Origin: Planctomycetota bacterium
GTDB lineage: Bacteria; Planctomycetota; GCA-2746535
Length of the DNA: 64,000 nucleotides
Assembly (NCBI GenBank): GCA_002746535.1
Contig: NVWA01000008.1
Location: forward strand, 67,098 to 131,097
Direction: 5' to 3'
In this document: positions 50,690 to 61,281 of the stretch, in pieces
Numbering within the stretch: position 1 is the stretch's first letter
Layout: each line of letters begins with the position of its first letter
Program-made: the position numbers and the translations under genes
Notes under the pieces: generated by a model
What the model was told of the DNA's origin: nothing
Databases searched by the model: none
The model's input: only the letters and a program-made list of their open reading frames with translations

Positions 50690-51101
50690 GTTTTGTTTGT
50701 CTACTAAAGGAATCTATGGGGCTCAAGCTTTAATAGAACTATCACTTCGACATGGGAATGGCGTTGTGCAGATAAAAGAATTGGCTGAGAGTTGTCAAAT
50801 TTCTAAAACATACTTAGAGCAACTTTTTAATTTGCTAAAGAAGGCCGAAATCGTTAGAAGTGTTCGAGGGAATAAAGGTGGTTATTCGCTGGCAAGAGAA
50901 CCAGAAGAAATTTCATTGATGGATGTCATGGTAGCCTTAGAAGGGTGTATTGAGATTTCAAAAAATGTTGAAGTCAAAGGTGTTTTAGAATCTGTTTTCA
51001 AAGACACTGAAAATGGTATTAGAGATTCCTTATCGGTTAGTTTAAAAGAACTAGCAGATAAAGAAAAAGTTAAAAACGAAAATGTCACTTTTTATATTTG
51101 A
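50688..51101 (+). CDS. Rrf2-family regulator, CymR-like
   Basis: LSTKGIYG, YLEQLF..LKKA.IV.SVRG.KGGY.LAR; no three-Cys Fe-S motif; ends TFYI. Confidence 0.9.
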   Translation: MFCLSTKGIYGAQALIELSLRHGNGVVQIKELAESCQISKTYLEQLFNLLKKAEIVRSVRGNKGGYSLAREPEEISLMDVMVALEGCIEISKNVEVKGVLESVFKDTENGIRDSLSVSLKELADKEKVKNENVTFYI

Positions 51102-51109
51102 GAGATTTG

Positions 51110-52030
51110 ATGAAGATTGCAAAAGATATTACAGAGCTTGTTGGTAAGACGCCTTTAGTCCAAATAAATAAGGTAATGGGAGATGATAACTTTACTGTTG
51201 CTAAACTTGAATTTTTTAACCCTACTTCTTCAGTTAAGGATCGTGCTGCACTTGAAATGGTAAATGAAGCCGAGAGATCAGGTGCCTTAAAAAAAGGGTC
51301 GACTATAATTGAAGCTACCAGTGGAAACACAGGGATATCATTGGCTTTTATTGCTGCAGCAAGGGAATATAAGTTGGTATTAGTAATGCCTGAAGCCATG
51401 AGCATCGAACGTAAGCGTTTACTAAAATATCTTGGAGCTCATTTAGAATTGACTTCGGCCCATTTGGGAATGAAAGGATCAATTGATCGAGCAAATGTAT
51501 TGGCAGGTGAAATTGAAAATTCATTTCTTGTGAAACAATTTGATAATCCTGCCAATGTTGAAGCTCATGTCAAAACAACCGCTAGAGAATTAATTGAAGA
51601 TACTGATAAAAATATTGATTATGTTTTTGTTGCTACTGGTACTGGAGGTACCGTAACAGGTATTGCGAAAGTTTTAAAAAAAGAGTTGAAGGATGTAAAA
51701 ATTATTGCAATTGAGCCTGAAGGTTCTGCCGTATTAGGTGGAGGAAATGCCGGGCCTCATATGATTCAAGGGATTGGACCTGGGTTTATTCCATCAATTA
51801 TGGATGTCTCTTTATTAGATGGGATCGTTTCTGTGGGCAATGAAGAATCCTATGAATATTCAAAGGCATTGGCCAAAGAAGAAGGATTAATTGCAGGCAT
51901 TAGCTGTGGAGCGACCGTTGCCGGTGCTAAAAAATATATAGCTGAAAATAATATCAAAAATAAAAATATTGTTTTGATCTTCATGGATTCTGGTGAGAGA
52001 TATACCAGTATTGATAGATTGATGAGTTAA
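51110..52030 (+). CDS. cysK: Cysteine synthase A
   Basis: KLEFFNP.SSVKDR, EATSGNTG, GTGGT, HMIQGIG, DSGERY. Confidence 0.96.
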   Translation: MKIAKDITELVGKTPLVQINKVMGDDNFTVAKLEFFNPTSSVKDRAALEMVNEAERSGALKKGSTIIEATSGNTGISLAFIAAAREYKLVLVMPEAMSIERKRLLKYLGAHLELTSAHLGMKGSIDRANVLAGEIENSFLVKQFDNPANVEAHVKTTARELIEDTDKNIDYVFVATGTGGTVTGIAKVLKKELKDVKIIAIEPEGSAVLGGGNAGPHMIQGIGPGFIPSIMDVSLLDGIVSVGNEESYEYSKALAKEEGLIAGISCGATVAGAKKYIAENNIKNKNIVLIFMDSGERYTSIDRLMS

Positions 52031-52044
52031 TCAAAGGATAGAAA

Positions 52045-52260
52045 ATGAAAATGAAAATTAAAGTTAATGGTGAAGAAAAAGAAATTACTGGCGAAATAAA
52101 TATTACGACATTGTTGAAAGAAAATGATGTTGAGCAACCTGACATGGTTTCAGTTCAGTTAAATGGTGAATTTGTCGAGCGAGATGTATTTGAATCTACT
52201 AGCGTTAAAGAAAATGATGAAGTTGAGTTCTTATATTTTATGGGTGGAGGTGTAAACTAA
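52045..52260 (+). CDS. ThiS/HcyS-like sulfur carrier with C-terminal extension
   Basis: IKVNG..VSVQLNGEFV..VEFLYFMGGG-VN. Confidence 0.92.
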   Translation: MKMKIKVNGEEKEITGEINITTLLKENDVEQPDMVSVQLNGEFVERDVFESTSVKENDEVEFLYFMGGGVN

Positions 52261-52261
52261 T

Positions 52262-53488
52262 ATGGAAGGTTTCACAAGTAAATCCATCCACACTAAATTT
52301 TTGAAAAAAGATGCTCATGGGTCATTGCACATGCCTGTATATGATTGTGTCTCTTTTGAATTTGAATCATCGGAAGCAATTGTTGATGCTTTTGAAGGTA
52401 AAAAAGCAGCACATGCTTACACTAGAATTACAAACCCAACCATGGAACATTTTGAACAAAAAATACGTGCAGTGACGGGAGCTCAAGCAGTCTTGGCATT
52501 GTCTTCTGGCATGGCTGCTATTAGTAATCTAATCATGACATTATGTGGAAGTGGTGATCATATCATTTGCAGTACATATTTATTTGGCAATACGAAATCC
52601 CTCTTGGATGTCACTCTAAAAAAATGGGGCTTGGAAGTTTCATTTGTTGACTTGGAAGATTTAGATGCGGTAAAAGCTGCTGTAACTGATAAGACGAGAA
52701 TGATCTTTGGCGAAACAATTGCGAATCCTCAAATGAGAGTGATCGATATTCCTAATTTATCAAAAATTGCCAAAGAAAATGATATCCCATTAGTAATTGA
52801 TTCAACGGTTACACCTCCATACCTTTTTGACGGTAAAGTACATGGTGCTGATATAGAAGTGATTTCTTCAACCAAATATATAAGTGGTGGTGCGACGAGC
52901 GTTGGCGGATTAATAATAGACCATGGTACTTTTGCCTGGAAAAAAAATATACATTTAGCAGATCTTGCAAAGAAAGTTGGTCCATTTGCATTGATAGCAA
53001 ATCTTCGAAAAGAGGTCTATCGAAATTTAGGTGCTTGTATTTCCCCTCACAATGCTAACTTGCAAAGCTTGGGCTTAGATACGTTGGCCTTGAGAGCTGA
53101 TAAGTCTTGCAAGAACACACTTGAGCTTGCGAAGTTTTTAGAAGGGAATGATAAAATCAAAAAAGTAAATTATCCTGGTTTGACTTCTTCTCCATACCAT
53201 GAAATTAGTGATGTTTTATTTCCTAATTTACCTGGATCAATCTTAACGTTTGATTGCGAGAGCAAGGAAGCCAGTTTTGTCTTAATGAATAAACTGCAAA
53301 TGATAAGAAGATCAACAAATTTGAATGACAATAAGACTTTGATCATACACCCCTCATCTACAATTTTTGCTGAGTTTTCTGAAGAAGAAAAACTAGAAAT
53401 GGAAGTAACCCCAACATTATTGAGGTTGTCTGTCGGGATTGAAGATATTGAAGATATAAAAAATGATTTACTCCAAGGATTAGAATAA
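52262..53488 (+). CDS. O-acetylhomoserine sulfhydrylase-like PLP enzyme (MetY/MetZ family)
   Basis: YTRITNPT, SSGMAAI, ETIANP, DSTVT, SSTKYISG (PLP Lys), LIIHP.ST, LRLSVGIE. Confidence 0.9.
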   Translation: MEGFTSKSIHTKFLKKDAHGSLHMPVYDCVSFEFESSEAIVDAFEGKKAAHAYTRITNPTMEHFEQKIRAVTGAQAVLALSSGMAAISNLIMTLCGSGDHIICSTYLFGNTKSLLDVTLKKWGLEVSFVDLEDLDAVKAAVTDKTRMIFGETIANPQMRVIDIPNLSKIAKENDIPLVIDSTVTPPYLFDGKVHGADIEVISSTKYISGGATSVGGLIIDHGTFAWKKNIHLADLAKKVGPFALIANLRKEVYRNLGACISPHNANLQSLGLDTLALRADKSCKNTLELAKFLEGNDKIKKVNYPGLTSSPYHEISDVLFPNLPGSILTFDCESKEASFVLMNKLQMIRRSTNLNDNKTLIIHPSSTIFAEFSEEEKLEMEVTPTLLRLSVGIEDIEDIKNDLLQGLE

Positions 53489-53489
53489 C

Positions 53490-54299
53490 ATGAGAGACTT
53501 TACAGAAGATCAACTAGAGCGCTATAGTAGGCATATTTTACTACAAGATGTTGGTGTTGAAGGTCAAGAAAAAATTATGGATGCCAAAGTTTTTATTGTT
53601 GGTGCTGGTGGTCTAGGTGCTCCTGTAGCATTGTATTTAGCCGCTGCTGGTGTTGGTAAGATTGGTATTGCCGATTTTGATGTTGTTGATTTATCGAATT
53701 TACAAAGACAAGTAATACATTTTACTGATGATGTTGGAAAATTAAAAATAGATTCCGCCGCTGAAAAAATGAGAGCTATTAATCCTAATATAGAAGTAGA
53801 TGCGATTAATGAAATGGTTGTTGCTGCAAATATAAGAGATCTTATAAAAGGTTATGACTTTGTTTTAGATGGAACGGATAATTTTTCAGCAAAATTTTTA
53901 ATCAATGATGCTTGTGTAATGGAAGGCATCCCTTATAGCCATGGTGGTATTCTACGTTTTGATGGTCAAACAATGACGATTAAGCCTAAAGAGACAGCTT
54001 GTTATAGATGTGTTTTCAAACAACCACCTCCTGCAAATGCTGTCCCAACTTGTTCGCAAGCAGGTGTTTTAGGTGCTATTGCAGGCATGTTAGGAACTAT
54101 GCAGGCGGCAGAATGTTTGAAGTTTATTACGGGAGCCGGTGATTTGTTAACTAATAAATTGCTTTCGTTTAATGCTAAAACAATGGACTTTAGAAAAGTG
54201 AATATCAAGAGAAACCCAAACTGTGCTGTTTGTGGTGACAGCCCAACGATTACTGAGTTGAGTGATGGTGAACAAGCTGTTTGTGATATAAAAAAGTAG
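53490..54299 (+). CDS. MoeB/ThiF (HcyF-like) adenylyltransferase, no rhodanese domain
   Basis: RYSRHI, GAGGLG, SNLQRQ, DGTDNF, CYRC, PTC, CAVC. Confidence 0.93.
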   Translation: MRDFTEDQLERYSRHILLQDVGVEGQEKIMDAKVFIVGAGGLGAPVALYLAAAGVGKIGIADFDVVDLSNLQRQVIHFTDDVGKLKIDSAAEKMRAINPNIEVDAINEMVVAANIRDLIKGYDFVLDGTDNFSAKFLINDACVMEGIPYSHGGILRFDGQTMTIKPKETACYRCVFKQPPPANAVPTCSQAGVLGAIAGMLGTMQAAECLKFITGAGDLLTNKLLSFNAKTMDFRKVNIKRNPNCAVCGDSPTITELSDGEQAVCDIKK

Positions 54300-54309
54300 G
54301 TATATTTAA

Positions 54310-54717
54310 ATGGAATTGAAAATTATTGGATCAGTCTACGAGAAATTAATAGAGATATCTCGAGAAGGAATACCAAATGAAATTTGTGGCTATTTATCAG
54401 GTGCAGATGATGTTTGTGAAGAGCTTCATCAACTTGAAAATATAAGTGATACGCCAGAAGTCTTTTTTAATTTTAATCCAAAAGATCAGTTTGCTGTTAC
54501 AAAAGAGATTAGAGAAAAAGGAACTAAGTTTTTAGTTTGTTTTCATAGTCATCCCATTGGTGGGGAATCTCTTTCGAAAGATGATAAAAAATTACTAATC
54601 GATAAAAGTATGAAATACATAATAGTATCTTTACGACTATCAGTACCAGTTGTGAATGCTTGGTCTTTTGATGGTGAAGAATATAAGCCACTAACTATAA
54701 GTATATTGGAGAAATAA
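54310..54717 (+). CDS. JAB/MPN+ (M67) metallopeptidase (HcyD/Mec-like)
   Basis: PNEICGYL and HSHP-x6-S-x2-D JAMM motif. Confidence 0.9.
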   Translation: MELKIIGSVYEKLIEISREGIPNEICGYLSGADDVCEELHQLENISDTPEVFFNFNPKDQFAVTKEIREKGTKFLVCFHSHPIGGESLSKDDKKLLIDKSMKYIIVSLRLSVPVVNAWSFDGEEYKPLTISILEK

Positions 54718-54718
54718 A

Positions 54719-57061
54719 ATGAAGTTTTATCAAACAGCTGACACCTTAATTGCGGAACAGGATCAGTTTGATCTGGATGTAAATGATTTTATTGCTGGCA
54801 AAATTGAACCAGTTAAATTTAAGGCTATTCGCGTAGCTCATGGTGTATATGAACAAAGAAAAGAAGAAACCTACATGATCCGTATTCGTTGTGCTGCCGG
54901 TGGCATCACACCTTCTCAATTTAAAGTAGTTGGGGAACTTGCTGAAAAATACGGTAGTGGAGAAGTTCATGTTACGACTAGACAGGAAGTTCAAATTCAT
55001 TATGTGAGAGCTGAAAATATCCTACGAGTCATCAGAGGTCTAAATGTTGTCAGTTTATCATCACGAGGCGGCGGTGGAAATACCATTAGAAATATATTAA
55101 CGCCACCTGATTCTGGCATTGATCCTGATGAAGAATTTGATGTAGATCCTTATGCCATAGCATTAACATCTAGATTAATTCAAGAACCAGATAGTTGGAA
55201 TTTACCAAGAAAGTTCAAAATAAATTTTTCAAATTCAAAAGCTGATAAATCTTATACCCAAGCAACTTGTCTTGGATTTGTAGCGCTCATGAAAGACGGC
55301 AAAAAAGGCTTTTATGTTACTTGTGCTGGTGGAATGGGTGCCAAACCAATGGTTGGGCATACATTGATTGACTGGATTCCGGATGCACAAGTTTATCACG
55401 TTGCCAGAGCACTCAAAACGATGTTTGATAAGAATGGCAATCGAAGAAGTCGAACAACAAATCGAATAAAATTTTTATGGAAAAAAATAGGCGAAGATTC
55501 ATTTCAAGATTTATTTTTAGAAGAATATAACAAAATTAAAGATGATGCTAGTCTAGCTCTTAATCTTATTGAGCTTGATAATAGTACTGTTGTTGAATCT
55601 TCTTTATCTGTAGAAGTTGTCGATAAACCTGAATTTGAAATTTGGAAAAAACGATTTGTTAATAAACAAAAACAAGAAGGTTTATTTTCTATCTTGTTAC
55701 CTTTAAAACTAGGAGATATTGAGCATAGTGAAGTTAATCGCTTGGCGGATTTTTTAGAAAATTTTGGCGATAATACAATTCGTTGTACGAGAGCTCAAAA
55801 TCTTTTATTAAGAAACATTCCTGAAAAATATTTGGGCAATGCGTTCAATACAATTCAAAAAATTGAAACGTTATCTGATAGAGCTTCTTTTATTGGTCAA
55901 ATGGTTAATTGTACTGGAGCCAGTACATGTAAACTTGGAATTTGTTTACCAAGAGGATTGAGTTCAGCGATTAGTTCACGACTTGTAGGTAGTGATTTAG
56001 ATTTAGATAGATTAAGTGATTTTAAATTAAATATGTCTGGTTGTCCAAATACTTGTGGATTGCATCATATCGCAGATTTAGGCTTTTTTGGAAAAGTATC
56101 ACGGCATAACGGGAAAATGTATCCGGGATATAATGTGTTAGCCGGTGCTCAGCTAGCTATGGGTGATACTAAATATGCTGAAAAAGTTTCAACGATCAGC
56201 TCGAAAGCGGTTCCTGATTTTGTACATGATTTTTTAGAAGACTACTTAACAAAGATGGATTCTGTTGGATCTTATAAAGAGTATTTAGAAGTTGCTGGCA
56301 TTGATAAAATTAAATCACTGTGTGAACATTATAAAGATATTCCTGATTTCGATGATGATCAAAGTTCTTATATTGATTTTGGTGCTACTAAACCTTTATC
56401 TCTTGAGGAAATAGGTACAGCCGAATGTTCTGCAGGAATGTTTGATATGATTGATGTTGATAAAAAATTAATTAATTTGCACAATAAAAGACTTTCGGAA
56501 GCAACAACAGAAGAAGATGAGCAAAAAGCATTGTACAAAGTGCTATTTTCCTCATCGAGAATGTTATTAGTTACAAGAGGGTTAGATGCTAAAAAGGAGT
56601 CAGATGCTTTTGCAATGTTTAAAAAACATTTTATTGAAGCAGGATTAATTGATGAGAAATTCGGTGATGTGGTAACACTTGGCAAATTAAATGTAGTAAG
56701 TGAATTGGTTAATCACAAAGACCTTATCGTTGAATTATCTGCTGAAGTAATCAAATTACATAAAAGTATGGATGATTCTTTAAGATTTAATATTGAAAAC
56801 AAAAAGGTTGCTGAAGAGAAATCTGTTGCCGTTGATGAAATCACATTCAAAGATTTCAGAGGTGTGGCTTGTCCTATGAACTTCGTGAAAACAAAAATGG
56901 TTTTAGCCTCATTAAAGGGTGGCGATAAGTTAAAAATATTATTGGATGATGGTGAGCCAATAAATAATGTCCCTAATTCTGTGAAATTAGAAGGGCATAA
57001 AATCCTTGAGCAAAGTCAAGAGACCGAAGGTCATTGGCAAGTGTTAATTGAAAAGGCTTAG
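54719..57061 (+). CDS. Siroheme sulfite reductase with C-terminal TusA/SirA domain
   Basis: GVYEQR, HVTTRQ, LPRKFK, CTGASTC, SGCPNTC; terminal DFRGVACPMNFVKTK..LLDDGEP. Confidence 0.92.
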   Translation: MKFYQTADTLIAEQDQFDLDVNDFIAGKIEPVKFKAIRVAHGVYEQRKEETYMIRIRCAAGGITPSQFKVVGELAEKYGSGEVHVTTRQEVQIHYVRAENILRVIRGLNVVSLSSRGGGGNTIRNILTPPDSGIDPDEEFDVDPYAIALTSRLIQEPDSWNLPRKFKINFSNSKADKSYTQATCLGFVALMKDGKKGFYVTCAGGMGAKPMVGHTLIDWIPDAQVYHVARALKTMFDKNGNRRSRTTNRIKFLWKKIGEDSFQDLFLEEYNKIKDDASLALNLIELDNSTVVESSLSVEVVDKPEFEIWKKRFVNKQKQEGLFSILLPLKLGDIEHSEVNRLADFLENFGDNTIRCTRAQNLLLRNIPEKYLGNAFNTIQKIETLSDRASFIGQMVNCTGASTCKLGICLPRGLSSAISSRLVGSDLDLDRLSDFKLNMSGCPNTCGLHHIADLGFFGKVSRHNGKMYPGYNVLAGAQLAMGDTKYAEKVSTISSKAVPDFVHDFLEDYLTKMDSVGSYKEYLEVAGIDKIKSLCEHYKDIPDFDDDQSSYIDFGATKPLSLEEIGTAECSAGMFDMIDVDKKLINLHNKRLSEATTEEDEQKALYKVLFSSSRMLLVTRGLDAKKESDAFAMFKKHFIEAGLIDEKFGDVVTLGKLNVVSELVNHKDLIVELSAEVIKLHKSMDDSLRFNIENKKVAEEKSVAVDEITFKDFRGVACPMNFVKTKMVLASLKGGDKLKILLDDGEPINNVPNSVKLEGHKILEQSQETEGHWQVLIEKA

Positions 57062-57065
57062 TGAT

Positions 57066-57800
57066 ATGAGTGAAAAATTACAACAGTATCTTGATGAGAC
57101 TAAAGATTTAGATGCCCTACAATTAGTTGAATGGGGGTTGTCAACATTTGGTAAAAATAAAATTGCTTTAGCATCCAGTTTAGGTGCAGAAGATCAAGTT
57201 CTTACGCAAATGATTTTGAAAGTTGATTCCCATGCTAGAATATTCACCTTAGATACAGGTCGACAATTTCAAGAAAACTATGATGTGATGACTGCTAGTA
57301 TTGAAAAATATGATTTTAATTATGAAGTCTGTTTTCCAGAAGTTGAAGCGGTACAAAATCTAATGAACCGCGGTGGACCAAATTTATTTTATAATAGTAT
57401 TGAAGATAGAAAAGCTTGTTGTGAAGTTAGAAAAATGGCACCGCTAAGAAAAAAATTGTCGACGGTAGATTGTTGGGCTACTGGTTTAAGGAGTCAGCAG
57501 TCGGTAACAAGGACAGATACTCCTTCTGTTGAATGGGATGATAATTTTGGTATTTTCAAAATTAATCCATTAATAAATTGGTCAGAAAATAGTGTTTGGG
57601 ATTTCATCAAAGAAAATGAAATCCCTTATAATAAATTACATGATAAGGGGTTTCCAAGTATAGGATGCCAACCATGTACACGAGCTGTAAAAGAGGGTGA
57701 AGATGTTCGTGGTGGTCGTTGGTGGTGGGAAACACCAGAGCAAAAAGAATGTGGCTTGCACATGAAAGATGGCAAGTTAGTTAGAAAGTCAACAGATTAA
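57066..57800 (+). CDS. cysH: APS reductase (Fe-S-type CysH)
   Basis: [38 protein letters not shown]. Confidence 0.93.
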   Translation: MSEKLQQYLDETKDLDALQLVEWGLSTFGKNKIALASSLGAEDQVLTQMILKVDSHARIFTLDTGRQFQENYDVMTASIEKYDFNYEVCFPEVEAVQNLMNRGGPNLFYNSIEDRKACCEVRKMAPLRKKLSTVDCWATGLRSQQSVTRTDTPSVEWDDNFGIFKINPLINWSENSVWDFIKENEIPYNKLHDKGFPSIGCQPCTRAVKEGEDVRGGRWWWETPEQKECGLHMKDGKLVRKSTD

Positions 57801-57814
57801 AAGAAAGTATTAAA

Positions 57815-58696
57815 ATGGATCGTATAGAAAAACTTGAAGCTCAAAGTGTTCATATTTTGAGAGAGGCGTATCGTGAATTTAAAGACCTTGTGATGCTTTG
57901 GTCAGTCGGTAAAGATAGCACCGTGTTATTGTGGTTGGCAAGAAAAGCATTTTTCGGTCATGTGCCTTTTCCGTTAGTTCATATAGACACACATTATAAA
58001 ATTCCTCAAATGATTGAATATAGAGATAATTTAGCCGCTGAATGGAAGCTAAATATGGTTTATGGTCAGAATAAAGAAGCCTTAAAAAATAAGCAGACTT
58101 ATCCCGACGGTAACCTTGATAGAATTTCTTGCTGTAAAAATTTAAAAAGTGAAGCGCTAAAACATACGCTATCTGGTGAATGGGAGCGGTTTAGATTCAA
58201 TCATGATAAAGGTGAATATGATGTGGATACTAATAAAGAACCATATACAGGTGTTATTGTTGGAGTTCGAGCTGATGAAGAAGGTAGTCGATCAAAGGAA
58301 CGTTATTTTTCCCCAAGAGATAAAGAAAATGACTGGGATGTAGATGACCAACCACCTGAATTTTGGAATCAATATAAAACTGATTTTGCTCCTGGAACGC
58401 ACTTGAGAATTCATCCTCTGTTAGATTGGACTGAACTTAATATTTGGGAATATATTCAAAAAGAAGATATTCCAATAGTTGATTTGTATTTTGATCGAGG
58501 TGAAGGCCAGAGATATAGAAGTTTAGGCTGTTATCCATGTACTACTCCAGTTGAATCAACTGCAAAGAATATTCCTGAAATTATTGAGGAATTAAAAAGT
58601 GGTAAATTTGCAAATGTTGCCGAGAGATCTGGGCGAGCACAAGATAAAGAAGATGGTGGTGGGTTAGAAACCCTTCGTCGCGACGGGTATATGTAA
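57815..58696 (+). CDS. cysD: Sulfate adenylyltransferase subunit 2
   Basis: [38 protein letters not shown]. Confidence 0.95.
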   Translation: MDRIEKLEAQSVHILREAYREFKDLVMLWSVGKDSTVLLWLARKAFFGHVPFPLVHIDTHYKIPQMIEYRDNLAAEWKLNMVYGQNKEALKNKQTYPDGNLDRISCCKNLKSEALKHTLSGEWERFRFNHDKGEYDVDTNKEPYTGVIVGVRADEEGSRSKERYFSPRDKENDWDVDDQPPEFWNQYKTDFAPGTHLRIHPLLDWTELNIWEYIQKEDIPIVDLYFDRGEGQRYRSLGCYPCTTPVESTAKNIPEIIEELKSGKFANVAERSGRAQDKEDGGGLETLRRDGYM

Positions 58697-58755
58697 ACTG
58701 AAATAGAATTATATGGATGTCTTTGTATGGGCATTCCAAAAAAGGAGAAAAGTTC

Positions 58756-60588
58756 GTGACTGAGCAAACAAACGAATTGGTAAAAATAGAAGAAGATAAA
58801 GAGCAAATGAGTATCGTGATTGTCGGTCACGTTGATCACGGTAAAAGTACCGTAATTGGTCGCCTATTAGCTGACACAGGATCATTGCCCGATGGCAAGT
58901 TAGAAGCTGTCAGAAGAAATTGTGAATTAAATTCAAAACCTTTTGAATATGCTTTTTTGCTGGATGCCTTAAAAAATGAACAAGCACAAGGCATTACGAT
59001 TGATACAGCGCGCTGTTTTTTTCAATCTGATTTAAGACACTATATCATTATTGATGCGCCAGGTCACATTGAGTTTTTAAAAAATATGGTGACAGGTGCT
59101 GCGAGAGCTCAGGCCGCTTTGTTGGTTATAGATGCCAAAGAAGGTATTCGTGAAAATTCTAAAAGGCATGGTTATTTAATATCTATGCTAGGAATTAAAG
59201 ACGTTGTAGTTTTAGTAAATAAACTTGATTTAGTCGATTACAGTGAAAAAGTTTTCAATGATATCAAAGAGGAGTTCACTGGTTTTCTAAAAAAATTAAA
59301 TGTTACACCAATAAACTTTATCCCTATATCTGCAAGAGAAGGTGAAAATATTGCTAATCATTCATCAGAAATGAAATGGTATAAAGGTCCGAATGTTTTA
59401 AAGCAATTAGATTTATTTGAGGTCGTTAATGATAAGGGTGATCAACCATTTAGGTTACCTGTCCAAGATATTTATAAATTTACCCAACAAAACGATGATC
59501 GTAGAATTGTTGCAGGTACTGTTGTCTCAGGGAAAATTGACGTTGGTGATGAGGTTACATTTTACCCTTCTGGAAAAAAGTCGACGATATCAAAAATTGA
59601 AATGTTTAATACGCCAGAAAAAACAACGGCTACTGTTGGCGAAGTCTGTGGCTATAGCTTAAGTACTCAAATATACACTAAAGCTGGTGAGATGATGGTG
59701 AAAAGTTCAGAGGAGCCACCTAAAGTAAGTAATCGGTTTAGAGTAAACATATTCTGGGTTGGTAAAGCACCTATGATAAAAGGAAAGAATTATAAACTTA
59801 AATTACATGCGACTAGTTCCCCAGTAAAATTGGTAGATATTCTTAATGTTTTGGATGCCTCGGATTTAACATCAGTTGCTAATAAACAACAAGTTGATAG
59901 ACATGATGTAGCCGAATGTGTTTTTGAAACAACTAAGCCCGTTGCCTTTGATTTAAGTAGTGATATTGAAGGTACCAGCCGAGTGGTGATTGTGGATAAT
60001 TTTGAAATTGCAGGTGGCGGTATTATATTTCATGATATTCAAGAAGAAAACACAACCTTAAAGCAATATATTGAGAACCGTGAAGAAGCATGGGTAAAAG
60101 GCGAAATCAGTGAGTTAGATAGGTCGGTTGTTTATGGTCACAAATCTAAATTCATTTTAATTACAGGAAGTGATGAGCAGGGCTGTAAGTCAATTGCCGT
60201 AGCTCTAGAAAAGAAATTGTTTGATAGTAAGTTTAAAGCCTATTATTTGGGTATGTCTAATTTGCTAACTACCATGGGGGAAAATCGTGGTAGTGTACTT
60301 GATCAAAATGAACAAATAAAATGGCTAGGCGAATTGGCTAGATTTTTTACTGGTTCTGGACAAATCTTTATATCAGCAATATCACACTTAGATGATTTTG
60401 ATATTGAAAATTTAAAGGTTCTAAATTCACCTAGCGATATCTTAGTTGTCAATGTAGGTGAAAACCAACTTAATAAATATAAAGTTGATTTGGATTTAGA
60501 GCAAATCTCAGAAGTTGATGATAGCGTTGGTAAAATAGTTCAGTTGCTTCATGATGAGCATATATTGCAGGTTGAGTATTACCTATAA
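58756..60588 (+). CDS. cysN: Sulfate adenylyltransferase subunit 1 with degenerate APS-kinase domain
   Basis: [28 protein letters not shown]; C-terminal CysC-like region without a canonical P-loop; GTG 58756 follows AAGGAG (ORF track starts at 58717). Confidence 0.93.
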   Translation: MTEQTNELVKIEEDKEQMSIVIVGHVDHGKSTVIGRLLADTGSLPDGKLEAVRRNCELNSKPFEYAFLLDALKNEQAQGITIDTARCFFQSDLRHYIIIDAPGHIEFLKNMVTGAARAQAALLVIDAKEGIRENSKRHGYLISMLGIKDVVVLVNKLDLVDYSEKVFNDIKEEFTGFLKKLNVTPINFIPISAREGENIANHSSEMKWYKGPNVLKQLDLFEVVNDKGDQPFRLPVQDIYKFTQQNDDRRIVAGTVVSGKIDVGDEVTFYPSGKKSTISKIEMFNTPEKTTATVGEVCGYSLSTQIYTKAGEMMVKSSEEPPKVSNRFRVNIFWVGKAPMIKGKNYKLKLHATSSPVKLVDILNVLDASDLTSVANKQQVDRHDVAECVFETTKPVAFDLSSDIEGTSRVVIVDNFEIAGGGIIFHDIQEENTTLKQYIENREEAWVKGEISELDRSVVYGHKSKFILITGSDEQGCKSIAVALEKKLFDSKFKAYYLGMSNLLTTMGENRGSVLDQNEQIKWLGELARFFTGSGQIFISAISHLDDFDIENLKVLNSPSDILVVNVGENQLNKYKVDLDLEQISEVDDSVGKIVQLLHDEHILQVEYYL

Positions 60589-60643
60589 TTTAATATTGCT
60601 TTCATAAAAATTTAAAATATTTCTGAAACTTAGGAGTCTTCTT

Positions 60644-61264
60644 ATGAATAACAGTAACCATCTGTTTTTGTTTTTAATCTTTTTCATTTGTGGAGTATCA
60701 ATATTAGCCAGTGATAAAAAGAATAAAAGTGTTGAAGAATTCTCCGAAAATGGTGTATTGGTTAATATAAAAAAGTTTTATGTTGAAGTAAAATCCTTGG
60801 ATGTCAAAACAGATAAAAAGAAAAGCTTATCTTCTTATGTTGCTTTTATTTGTAAAAAAGGAGTTTATTCCTTTTTAGAAACAAAAGAAAACGATAAATT
60901 TCTAGAAACGGTTACTTTGGGGCAAACAGTTGAATTAAAAGGTAAAGTATTAATTTCAGGTAATTTAGTCGAAATTGGAAGTTTATCCAAAACGGACAAG
61001 AAAATCGACATTGATATGAAAAAACTGAAAAAGACTCAAGGGAAGTCTATTCGTCTAAAAGGAGTGAATAAATGTCAATGTGGTTTGAAAGTCAGCACTT
61101 TAAGTCATAGTTGTAAATTGGGTCACTTGCATCATATCCAAACCACTGAGGGTAGTATTTATCACTATTTGGAAGCAGGCAAATCTTCAAATATGAAAAT
61201 GCATTTCAAAAAAATTGACACCAACGCTGAGGTATATCCCGGTAATTTTATTACTATCAAATAG
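60644..61264 (+). CDS. Hypothetical exported protein with Cys/His cluster
   Basis: AGGAG RBS, signal peptide, CQC..HSC.LGHLHH. Confidence 0.72.
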   Translation: MNNSNHLFLFLIFFICGVSILASDKKNKSVEEFSENGVLVNIKKFYVEVKSLDVKTDKKKSLSSYVAFICKKGVYSFLETKENDKFLETVTLGQTVELKGKVLISGNLVEIGSLSKTDKKIDIDMKKLKKTQGKSIRLKGVNKCQCGLKVSTLSHSCKLGHLHHIQTTEGSIYHYLEAGKSSNMKMHFKKIDTNAEVYPGNFITIK

Positions 61265-61281
61265 CCCTCAATAAAAAAATA

